DNA of 64,000 nt from the NCBI GenBank assembly GCA_964016885.1, contig OZ024740.1:31744001-31808000 (forward strand), read 5' to 3'. Source of the DNA: Eledone cirrhosa. Its lineage: Eukaryota. A program made the position numbers and the translations under genes. Positions 1 to 13,767 of this stretch are shown here, in pieces (the stretch's first letter is position 1; every line of letters starts with the position of its first letter). The notes below the pieces were generated by a model, which was not told where the DNA came from, made no database searches, and saw nothing but the letters and a program-made list of their open reading frames with translations.

Positions 1-2141
1 GACTATATATGATATCAGTACAATATATAACACTAGTGTACAGACACAGTTGACTATATATGATATCAGTACAATATGTAACACTAGTGTACAGACACAG
101 TTGACCATATATGATATCAGTACAATATATAACACTAATGTACAGACACAGTTGACTATATATGATATCAGTACAATATATAACACTAGTGTACAGACAC
201 AGTTGACTATATATGATATCAGTACAATATATAACACTAATGTACAGACACAGTTGACTATATATGATATCAGTACAATATATAACACTAATGTGCAGAC
301 ACAGTTGACTATATATGATATCAGTACAATATGTAACACTAGTGTACAGACACAGTTGACTATATATGATATCAGTACAATATATAACACTAATGTACAG
401 ACACTGTTGACTATATATGATATCAGTACAATATATAACACTAATGAACAGACACAGTTGACTATATATGATATCAGTACAATATATAACACTAATGTAC
501 AGACACAGTTGACTATATATGATATCAGTACAATATATAACACTAGTGTACAGATACAGTTGACTATATATGATATCAGTACAATATGTAACACTAGTGT
601 ACAGACACAGTTGACTATATATGATATCAGTACAATATGTAACACTAGTGTACAGACACAGTTGACTATATATGATATCAGTACAATATATAACACTAAC
701 GTACAGACACAGTTGACTATATATGATATCAGTACAATATATAACACTAGTGTACAGACACAGTTGACTATATATGATATCAGTACAATATGTAACACTA
801 GTGTACAGACACAGTTGACTATGTATGATATCAGTACAATATATAACACTAATGTACAGACACATTTGACTATATATGATATCAGTACAATATATAACAC
901 TAGTGTACAGACACAGTTGACTATATATGATATCAGTACAATATATAACACTAATGTACAGACACAGTTGACTATATATGATATCAGTACAATATATAAC
1001 ACTAATGTGCAGACACAGTTGACTATATATGATATCAGTACAATATGTAACACTAGTGTACAGACACAGTTGACTATATATGATATCAGTACAATATATA
1101 ACACTAATGTACAGACACTGTTGACTATATATGATATCAGTACAATATATAACACTAATGAACAGACACAGTTGACTATATATGATATCAGTACAATATA
1201 TAACACTAATGTGCAGACACAGTTGACTATATATGATATCAGTACAATATATAACACTAGTGTACAGATACAGTTGACTATATATGATATCAGTATGATA
1301 TGTAACACTAGTGTACAGACACAGTTGACTATATATGATATCAGTACAATATGTAACACTAGTGTACAGACACAGTTGACTATATATGATATCAGTACAA
1401 TATATAACACTAATGTACAGACACAGTTGACTATATATGATATCAGTACAATATATAACACTAGTGTACAGACACAGTTGACTATATATGATATCAGTAC
1501 AATATGTAACACTAGTGTACAGACACAGTTGACTATGTATGATATCAGTACAATATATAACACTAATGTACAGACACATTTGACTATATATGATATCAGT
1601 ACAATATATAACACTAGTGTACAGACACAGTTGACTATATATGATATCAGTACAATATGTAACACTAGTGTACAGACACAGTTGACTATGTATGATATCA
1701 GTACGATATATAACACTAATGTACAGACACATTTGACTATATATGATATCAGTACAATATGTAACACTAGTGTACAGACACAGTTGACTATATATGATAT
1801 CAGTACAACATATAACACTAGTGTACAGAAACAGTTGACTATATATATCAGTACAATATATAACACTAGTGAACAGACACAGTTGACTATATATGATATC
1901 AGTACAATATATAACACTAGTGTACAGACACAGTTGACTATATATGATATCAGTACAATATATAACACTAATGTACAGACACAGTTGACTATATATGATA
2001 TCAGTACAATATATAACACTAGTGTACAGACACAGTTGACTATATATAATATCAGTACAATGTATAACACTAGTGTACAGACACATTTGACTATATATGA
2101 TACCAGTACAACATATAATATTAGTGTACAGACACACACTT

Positions 2142-5100
2142 GACTATATATGATATCAGTACAATATATAACACTAGTGAACAGACACAGTTGACTACAT
2201 ATGATATCAGTACAATATATAACACTAATGTACAGACACAGTTGACTATATATGATATCATTACAATATATAACACTAATGTACAGATACAGTTGACTAT
2301 ATATGATATCAGTACAATATATAACACTAGTGTACAGACATAGTTGACTATATATGATATCAGTACAATATATAACACTAGTGTACAGACACAGTTGACT
2401 ATATATGATATTAGTACAATATGTAACACTAGTGTACAGACAAAGTTGACTATATATGATATTAGTAAAATATATAACACTAGTGTACAGATACAGTTGA
2501 CTATATATGATATCAGTACAATGTATAACACTAGTGTACAGACACAGTTGACTATATATGATATCAGTACAATATATAACACTAGTGTACAGACACAGTT
2601 GACTATATATGATATTAGTACAATATATAACACTAGCGTACAGACACAGTTGACCATATATGATATCAGTACAATATATAACACTAATGTACAGACACAG
2701 TTGACTATATATGATATCAGTACAATATATAACACTAATGTACAGACACAGTTGACTATATATGATATCAGTACAACATATAACACTAATGTACAGACAC
2801 AGTTGACTATATATGATATCAGTACAATATATAACACTAATGTACAGACACAGTTGACTATATATGATATCAGTACAATATATTACACTAGTGTACAGAT
2901 ACAGTTGACTATATTTGATATCAGTACAATATATAACACTAGTGAACAGACAGAGTTGACTATATATGATAGCAGTACAATATATAACACTAGTGTACAG
3001 ACACAGTTGACTATATATGATATTAGTACAATATGTAACACTAGTGTACAGACACAGTTGACTATATATGATATCAGTACCATATATAACACTAGTGTAC
3101 AGACACAGTTGACTATATATGATATCAGAAAATATGTAACACTAATGTACAGACACAGTTGACTATATATGATATTAGTAAAATATGTAACACTAGGGTA
3201 CAGATACAGTTGACTATATATATGATATCAGTACAATATATAACACTAATGTACAGACACAGTTGACTATATATGATATCAGTACAATATGTAACACTAG
3301 TGTACAGACACAGTTGAATATTTATGATATCACTACAATATGTAAAACTAGTGTACAGACACTGTTGACTATATATGATATCAGTACAATATGTAACACT
3401 AGTGTACAGACACAGTTGACTATATATGATATCAGTACAATATATAACACTAGTGTACAGACACAGTTGACTATATACGATATCAGTACAATATGTAACA
3501 CTAGTGTACAGACACAGTTGACTATATATGATATCAGTACAATATGTAACACTAGTGTACAGACACAGTTGACTATATATGATATCAGTACAATATATAA
3601 CACTAATGTACAGACACAGTTGACTATATATGATATCAGTACAATATATAACACTAGTGTACAGACACAGTTGACTATATATGATATCAGTACAATATAT
3701 AACACTAGTGTACAGACACAGTTGACTATATATGATATCCGTACAATATATAACACTAGTGTACAGACACAGTTGACTATATATGATATCAGTACAATAT
3801 GTAACACTAGTGTACAGACACAGTTGACTATATATGATATCAGTACAATATATAACACTAATGTTCAGACACAGTTGACTATATATGATATCAGTACAAT
3901 ATATAACACTAGTGTACAGACAAAGTTGACTATATATGATATCAGTACAATATATAACACTAGTGTACAGACACAGTTGACTATATATGATATCAGTACA
4001 ATATGTAACACTAGTGTACAGACACAGTTGACCATATATGATATCAGTACAATATATAACACTAATGTACAGACACAGTTGACTATATATGATATCAGTA
4101 CAATATATAACACTAGTGTACAGACACAGTTGACTATATATGATATCAGTACAATATATAACACTAATGTACAGACACAGTTGACTATATATGATATCAG
4201 TACAATATATAACACTAATGTGCAGACACAGTTGACTATATATGATATCAGTACAATATGTAACACTAGTGTACAGACACAGTTGACTATATATGATATC
4301 AGTACAATATATAACACTAATGTACAGACACTGTTGACTATATATGATATCAGTACAATATATAACACTAATGAACAGACACAGTTGACTATATATGATA
4401 TCAGTACAATATATAACACTAATGTACAGACACAGTTGACTATATATGATATCAGTACAATATATAACACTAGTGTACAGATACAGTTGACTATATATGA
4501 TATCAGTACAATATGTAACACTAGTGTACAGACACAGTTGACTATATATGATATCAGTACAATATGTAACACTAGTGTACAGACACAGTTGACTATATAT
4601 GATATCAGTACAATATATAACACTAACGTACAGACACAGTTGACTATATATGATATCAGTACAATATATAACACTAGTGTACAGACACAGTTGACTATAT
4701 ATGATATCAGTACAATATGTAACACTAGTGTACAGACACAGTTGACTATGTATGATATCAGTACAATATATAACACTAATGTACAGACACATTTGACTAT
4801 ATATGATATCAGTACAATATATAACACTAGTGTACAGACACAGTTGACTATATATGATATCAGTACAATATATAACACTAATGTACAGACACAGTTGACT
4901 ATATATGATATCAGTACAATATATAACACTAATGTGCAGACACAGTTGACTATATATGATATCAGTACAATATGTAACACTAGTGTACAGACACAGTTGA
5001 CTATATATGATATCAGTACAATATATAACACTAATGTACAGACACTGTTGACTATATATGATATCAGTACAATATATAACACTAATGAACAGACACAGTT

Positions 5101-6068
5101 GACTATATATGATATCAGTACAATATATAACACTAATGTGCAGACACAGTTGACTATATATGATATCAGTACAATATATAACACTAGTGTACAGATACAG
5201 TTGACTATATATGATATCAGTATGATATGTAACACTAGTGTACAGACACAGTTGACTATATATGATATCAGTACAATATGTAACACTAGTGTACAGACAC
5301 AGTTGACTATATATGATATCAGTACAATATATAACACTAATGTACAGACACAGTTGACTATATATGATATCAGTACAATATATAACACTAGTGTACAGAC
5401 ACAGTTGACTATATATGATATCAGTACAATATGTAACACTAGTGTACAGACACAGTTGACTATGTATGATATCAGTACAATATATAACACTAATGTACAG
5501 ACACATTTGACTATATATGATATCAGTACAATATATAACACTAGTGTACAGACACAGTTGACTATATATGATATCAGTACAATATGTAACACTAGTGTAC
5601 AGACACAGTTGACTATGTATGATATCAGTACGATATATAACACTAATGTACAGACACATTTGACTATATATGATATCAGTACAATATGTAACACTAGTGT
5701 ACAGACACAGTTGACTATATATGATATCAGTACAACATATAACACTAGTGTACAGAAACAGTTGACTATATATATCAGTACAATATATAACACTAGTGAA
5801 CAGACACAGTTGACTATATATGATATCAGTACAATATATAACACTAGTGTACAGACACAGTTGACTATATATGATATCAGTACAATATATAACACTAATG
5901 TACAGACACAGTTGACTATATATGATATCAGTACAATATATAACACTAGTGTACAGACACAGTTGACTATATATAATATCAGTACAATGTATAACACTAG
6001 TGTACAGACACATTTGACTATATATGATACCAGTACAACATATAATATTAGTGTACAGACACACACTT
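2142..6068 (+). repeat. HOR unit, 77 monomers, 3927 bp
   Basis: Marker-to-marker distance is 3927 = 77x51, with internal indels -1, +2, -3, +2 summing to 0. Segment 1-~3160 recurs at 3928-~7090 (ORFs 2344..3162 and 6271..7089 translate identically). Confidence 0.92.
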
Positions 6069-9000
6069 GACTATATATGATATCAGTACAATATATAACA
6101 CTAGTGAACAGACACAGTTGACTACATATGATATCAGTACAATATATAACACTAATGTACAGACACAGTTGACTATATATGATATCATTACAATATATAA
6201 CACTAATGTACAGATACAGTTGACTATATATGATATCAGTACAATATATAACACTAGTGTACAGACATAGTTGACTATATATGATATCAGTACAATATAT
6301 AACACTAGTGTACAGACACAGTTGACTATATATGATATTAGTACAATATGTAACACTAGTGTACAGACAAAGTTGACTATATATGATATTAGTAAAATAT
6401 ATAACACTAGTGTACAGATACAGTTGACTATATATGATATCAGTACAATGTATAACACTAGTGTACAGACACAGTTGACTATATATGATATCAGTACAAT
6501 ATATAACACTAGTGTACAGACACAGTTGACTATATATGATATTAGTACAATATATAACACTAGCGTACAGACACAGTTGACCATATATGATATCAGTACA
6601 ATATATAACACTAATGTACAGACACAGTTGACTATATATGATATCAGTACAATATATAACACTAATGTACAGACACAGTTGACTATATATGATATCAGTA
6701 CAACATATAACACTAATGTACAGACACAGTTGACTATATATGATATCAGTACAATATATAACACTAATGTACAGACACAGTTGACTATATATGATATCAG
6801 TACAATATATTACACTAGTGTACAGATACAGTTGACTATATTTGATATCAGTACAATATATAACACTAGTGAACAGACAGAGTTGACTATATATGATAGC
6901 AGTACAATATATAACACTAGTGTACAGACACAGTTGACTATATATGATATTAGTACAATATGTAACACTAGTGTACAGACACAGTTGACTATATATGATA
7001 TCAGTACCATATATAACACTAGTGTACAGACACAGTTGACTATATATGATATCAGAAAATATGTAACACTAATGTACAGACACAGTTGACTATATATGAT
7101 ATTAGTAAAATATATAACACTAGTGTACAGACACAGTTGACTATATATGATATCAGTACAATATATAACACTAGTGTACAGACACAGTTGACTGTATATA
7201 ATATTAGTACAATATATAACACTAGCGTACAGAAACAGTTGACCATATATGATATCAGTACACTATATAACACTAGTGTACAGGCACAGTTGACTATATA
7301 TGATATCAGTACAATATATAACACTAATGTACAGACACAGTTGACTATATATGATATCAGTACAACATATAATACTAATGTACAGACACAGTTGACTATA
7401 TATGATATCAGTACACTATATAACACTAATGTACAGACACAGTTGACTATATATGATATCAGTACAATATATTACACTAGTGTACAGATACAGTTGACTA
7501 TATTTGATATCAGTACAATATATAACTCTAGTGAACAGACAGAGTTGACTATATATGATATCAGTACAATATATAACACTAGTGTACAGACACAGTTGAC
7601 TATATATGATATTAGTACAATATGTAACACTAGTGTACAGACACAGTTGACTATATATTATATTAGTATAATATATAACACTAGTGTACAGACACAGTTG
7701 ACTATATATGATATCGGTACAATATATAACACTAGTGTACAGACACAGTTGACTATATATGATATTAGTACAATATGTAACACTAGTGTACAGATACAGT
7801 TGACTATAATGATATCAGTACAATATATAACACTAATGTACAGACACAGTTGACTATATATGATATCAGTACAATATGTAACACTAGTGTACAGACACAG
7901 TTGAATATTTATGATATCACTACAATATGTAAAACTAGTGTACAGACACTGTTGACTATATATGATATCAGTACAATATGTAACACTAGTGTACAGACAC
8001 AGTTGACTATATATGATATCAGTACAATATATAACACTAGTGTACAGACACAGTTGACTATATACGATATCAGTACAATATGTAACACTAGTGTACAGAC
8101 ACAGTTGACTATATATGATATCATTACAATATGTAACACTAGTGTACAGACACAGTTGACTATATATGATATCAGTACAATATATAACACTAGTGTACAG
8201 ACACAGTTGACTATATATGATATCAGTACAATATGTAACACTAGTGTACAGACACAGTTGACCATATATGATATCAGTACAATATATAACACTAATGTAC
8301 AGACACAGTTGACTATATATGATATCAGTACAATATATAACACTAGTGTACAGACACAGTTGACTATATATGATATCAGTACAATATATAACACTAATGT
8401 ACAGACACAGTTGACTATATATGATATCAGTACAATATATAACACTAATGTACAGACACAGTTGACTATATATGATATCAGTACAATATATAACACTAGT
8501 GTACAGACACAGTTGACTATATATGATATCCGTACAATATATAACACTAATGTACAGACACAGTTGACTATATATGATATCAGTACAATATATAACACTA
8601 GTGTACAGACACAGTTGACTATATATGATATCAGTAAAATATATAACACTAGTGTACAGACACAGTTGACTATATATGATATCAGTACAATATATAACAC
8701 TAATGTGCAGACACAGTTGACTATATATGATATCAGTACATTATGTAACACTAGTGTACAGACACAGTTGACTATATATGATATCAGTACAATATATAAC
8801 ACTAATGTACAGACACTGTTGACTATATATGATATCAGTACAATATATAACACTAATGAACAGACACAGTTGACTATATATGATATCAGTACAATATATA
8901 ACACTAATGTGCAGACACAGTTGACTATATATGATATCAGTACAATATATAACACTAGTGTACAGATACAGTTGACTATATATGATATCAATATGATATG

Positions 9001-9839
9001 TAACACTAGTGTACAGACACAGTTGACTATATATGATATCAGTACAATATGTAACACTAGTGTACAGACACAGTTGACTATATATGATATCAGTACAATA
9101 TATAACACTAATGTACAGACACAGTTGACTATATATGATATCAGTACAATATATAACACTAGTGTACAGACACAGTTGACTATATATGATATCAGTACAA
9201 TATGTAACACTAGTGTACAGACACAGTTGACTATGTATGATATCAGTACAATATATAACACTAATGTACAGACACATTTGACTATATATGATATCAGTAC
9301 AATATATAACACTAGTGTACAGACACAGTTGACTATATATGATATCAGTACAATATGTAACACTAGTGTACAGACACAGTTGACTATGTATGATATCAGT
9401 ACAATATATAACACTAATGTACAGACACATTTGACTATATATGATATCAGTACAATATGTAACACTAGTGTACAGACACAGTTGACTATATATTATATCA
9501 GTACAACATATAACACTAGTGTACAGAAACAGTTGACTATATATATCAGTACAATATATAACACTAGTGAACAGACACAGTTGACTATATATGATATCAG
9601 TACAATATATAACACTAGTGTACAGACACAGTTGACTATATATGATATCATTACAATATATAACACTAATGTACAGACACAGTTGACTATATATGATATC
9701 AGTACAATATATAACACTAGTGTACAGACACAGTTGACTATATATGATATCAGTACAATGTATAACACTAGTGTACAGACACATTTGACTATATATGATA
9801 CCAGTACAACATATAATATTAGTGTACAGACACACACTT
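6069..9839 (+). repeat. HOR unit, 74 monomers, 3771 bp, mosaic/divergent copy
   Basis: 3771 = 74x51-3 (indels -1, -1, -3, +2). It carries variants absent from flanking units, e.g. CAGGCACAG at 7281. Confidence 0.88.
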
Positions 9840-12800
9840 GACTATATATGATATCAGTACAATATATAACACTAGTGAACAGACACAGTTGACTACATAT
9901 GATATCAGTACAATATATAACACTAATGTACAGAGACAGTTGACTATATATGATATCATTACAATATATAACACTAATGTACAGATACAGTTGACTATAT
10001 ATGATATCAGTACAATATATAACACTAGTGTACAGACATAGTTGACTATATATGATATCAGTACAATATATAACACTAGTGTACAGACACAGTTGACTAT
10101 ATATGATATTAGTACAATATGTAACACTAGTGTACAGACAAAGTTGACTATATATGATATTAGTAAAATATATAACACTAGTGTACAGATACAGTTGACT
10201 ATATATGATATCAGTACAATGTATAACACTAGTGTACAGACACAGTTGACTATATATGATATCAGTACAATATATAACACTAGTGTACAGACACAGTTGA
10301 CTATATATGATATTAGTACAATATATAACACTAGCGTACAGACACAGTTGACCATATATGATATCAGTACAATATATAACACTAATGTACAGACACAGTT
10401 GACTATATATGATATCAGTACAATATATAACACTAATGTACAGACACAGTTGACTATATATGATATCAGTACAACATATAACACTAATGTACAGACACAG
10501 TTGACTATATATGATATCAGTACAATATATAACACTAATGTACAGACACAGTTGACTATATATGATATCAGTACAATATATTACACTAGTGTACAGATAC
10601 AGTTGACTATATTTGATATCAGTACAATATATAACACTAGTGAACAGACAGAGTTGACTATATATGATAGCAGTACAATATATAACACTAGTGTACAGAC
10701 ACAGTTGACTATATATGATATTAGTACAATATGTAACACTAGTGTACAGACACAGTTGACTATATATTATAGTAGTATAATATATAACACTAGTGTACAG
10801 ACACAGTTGACTATATATGATATCGGTACAATATATAACACTAGTGTACAGACACAGTTGACTATATATGATATTAGTACAATATGTAACACTAGGGTAC
10901 AGATACAGTTGACTATATATATGATATCAGTACAATATATAACACTAATGTACAGACACAGTTGACTATATATGATATCAGTACAATATGTAACACTAGT
11001 GTACAGACACAGTTGAATATTTATGATATCACTACAATATGTAAAACTAGTGTACAGACACTGTTGACTATATATGATATCAGTACAATATGTAACACTA
11101 GTGTACAGACACAGTTGACTATATATGATATCAGTACAATATATAACACTAGTGTACAGACACAGTTGACTATATACGATATCAGTACAATATGTAACAC
11201 TAGTGTACAGACACAGTTGACTATATATGATATCAGTACAATATGTAACACTAGTGTACAGACACAGTTGACTATATATGATATCAGTACAATATATAAC
11301 ACTAATGTACAGACACAGTTGACTATATATGATATCAGTACAATATATAACACTAGTGTACAGACACAGTTGACTATATATGATATCAGTACAATATATA
11401 ACACTAGTGTACAGACACAGTTGACTATATATGATATCCGTACAATATATAACACTAGTGTACAGACACAGTTGACTATATATGATATCAGTACAATATG
11501 TAACACTAGTGTACAGACACAGTTGACTATATATGATATCAGTACAATATATAACACTAATGTTCAGACACAGTTGACTATATATGATATCAGTACAATA
11601 TATAACACTAGTGTACAGACAAAGTTGACTATATATGATATCAGTACAATATATAACACTAGTGTACAGATACAGTTGACTATATATGATATCAGTACAA
11701 TATGTAACACTAGTGTACAGACACAGTTGACCATATATGATATCAGTACAATATATAACACTAATGTACAGACACAGTTGACTATATATGATATCAGTAC
11801 AATATATAACACTAGTGTACAGACACAGTTGACTATATATGATATCAGTACAATATATAACACTAATGTACAGACACAGTTGACTATATATGATATCAGT
11901 ACAATATATAACACTAATGTGCAGACACAGTTGACTATATATGATATCAGTACAATATGTAACACTAGTGTACAGACACAGTTGACTATATATGATATCA
12001 GTACAATATATAACACTAATGTACAGACACTGTTGACTATATATGATATCAGTACAATATATAACACTAATGAACAGACACAGTTGACTATATATGATAT
12101 CAGTACAATATATAACACTAATGTACAGACACAGTTGACTATATATGATATCAGTACAATATATAACACTAGTGTACAGATACAGTTGACTATATATGAT
12201 ATCAGTACAATATGTAACACTAGTGTACAGACACAGTTGACTATATATGATATCAGTACAATATGTAACACTAGTGTACAGACACAGTTGACTATATATG
12301 ATATCAGTACAATATATAACACTAACGTACAGACACAGTTGACTATATATGATATCAGTACAATATATAACACTAGTGTACAGACACAGTTGACTATATA
12401 TGATATCAGTACAATATGTAACACTAGTGTACAGACACAGTTGACTATGTATGATATCAGTACAATATATAACACTAATGTACAGACACATTTGACTATA
12501 TATGATATCAGTACAATATATAACACTAGTGTACAGACACAGTTGACTATATATGATATCAGTACAATATATAACACTAATGTACAGACACAGTTGACTA
12601 TATATGATATCAGTACAATATATAACACTAATGTGCAGACACAGTTGACTATATATGATATCAGTACAATATGTAACACTAGTGTACAGACACAGTTGAC
12701 TATATATGATATCAGTACAATATATAACACTAATGTACAGACACTGTTGACTATATATGATATCAGTACAATATATAACACTAATGAACAGACACAGTTG

Positions 12801-13767
12801 ACTATATATGATATCAGTACAATATATAACACTAATGTGCAGACACAGTTGACTATATATGATATCAGTACAATATATAACACTAGTGTACAGATACAGT
12901 TGACTATATATGATATCAGTATGATATGTAACACTAGTGTACAGACACAGTTGACTATATATGATATCAGTACAATATGTAACACTAGTGTACAGACACA
13001 GTTGACTATATATGATATCAGTACAATATATAACACTAATGTACAGACACAGTTGACTATATATGATATCAGTACAATATATAACACTAGTGTACAGACA
13101 CAGTTGACTATATATGATATCAGTACAATATGTAACACTAGTGTACAGACACAGTTGACTATGTATGATATCAGTACAATATATAACACTAATGTACAGA
13201 CACATTTGACTATATATGATATCAGTACAATATATAACACTAGTGTACAGACACAGTTGACTATATATGATATCAGTACAATATGTAACACTAGTGTACA
13301 GACACAGTTGACTATGTATGATATCAGTACGATATATAACACTAATGTACAGACACATTTGACTATATATGATATCAGTACAATATGTAACACTAGTGTA
13401 CAGACACAGTTGACTATATATGATATCAGTACAACATATAACACTAGTGTACAGAAACAGTTGACTATATATATCAGTACAATATATAACACTAGTGAAC
13501 AGACACAGTTGACTATATATGATATCAGTACAATATATAACACTAGTGTACAGACACAGTTGACTATATATGATATCAGTACAATATATAACACTAATGT
13601 ACAGACACAGTTGACTATATATGATATCAGTACAATATATAACACTAGTGTACAGACACAGTTGACTATATATAATATCAGTACAATGTATAACACTAGT
13701 GTACAGACACATTTGACTATATATGATACCAGTACAACATATAATATTAGTGTACAGACACACACTT
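9840..13767 (+). repeat. HOR unit, 77 monomers, 3928 bp
   Basis: 3928 = 77x51+1 (indels +2, -3, +2). ORF 10962..13769 matches ORF 3263..6070 (offset 7699) except one residue that I could see. Confidence 0.92.

Noticed and set aside
24-30. TATATAA TATA-box-like motif in most monomers
   Set aside because: Expected in an AT-rich repeat. There is no downstream gene or other promoter evidence.
1-51. No CpG in the consensus, suggesting methylation-driven decay
   Set aside because: At ~29% GC only about one CpG is expected per 51 bp, so the absence is uninformative. CpG-creating variants persist across HOR copies.
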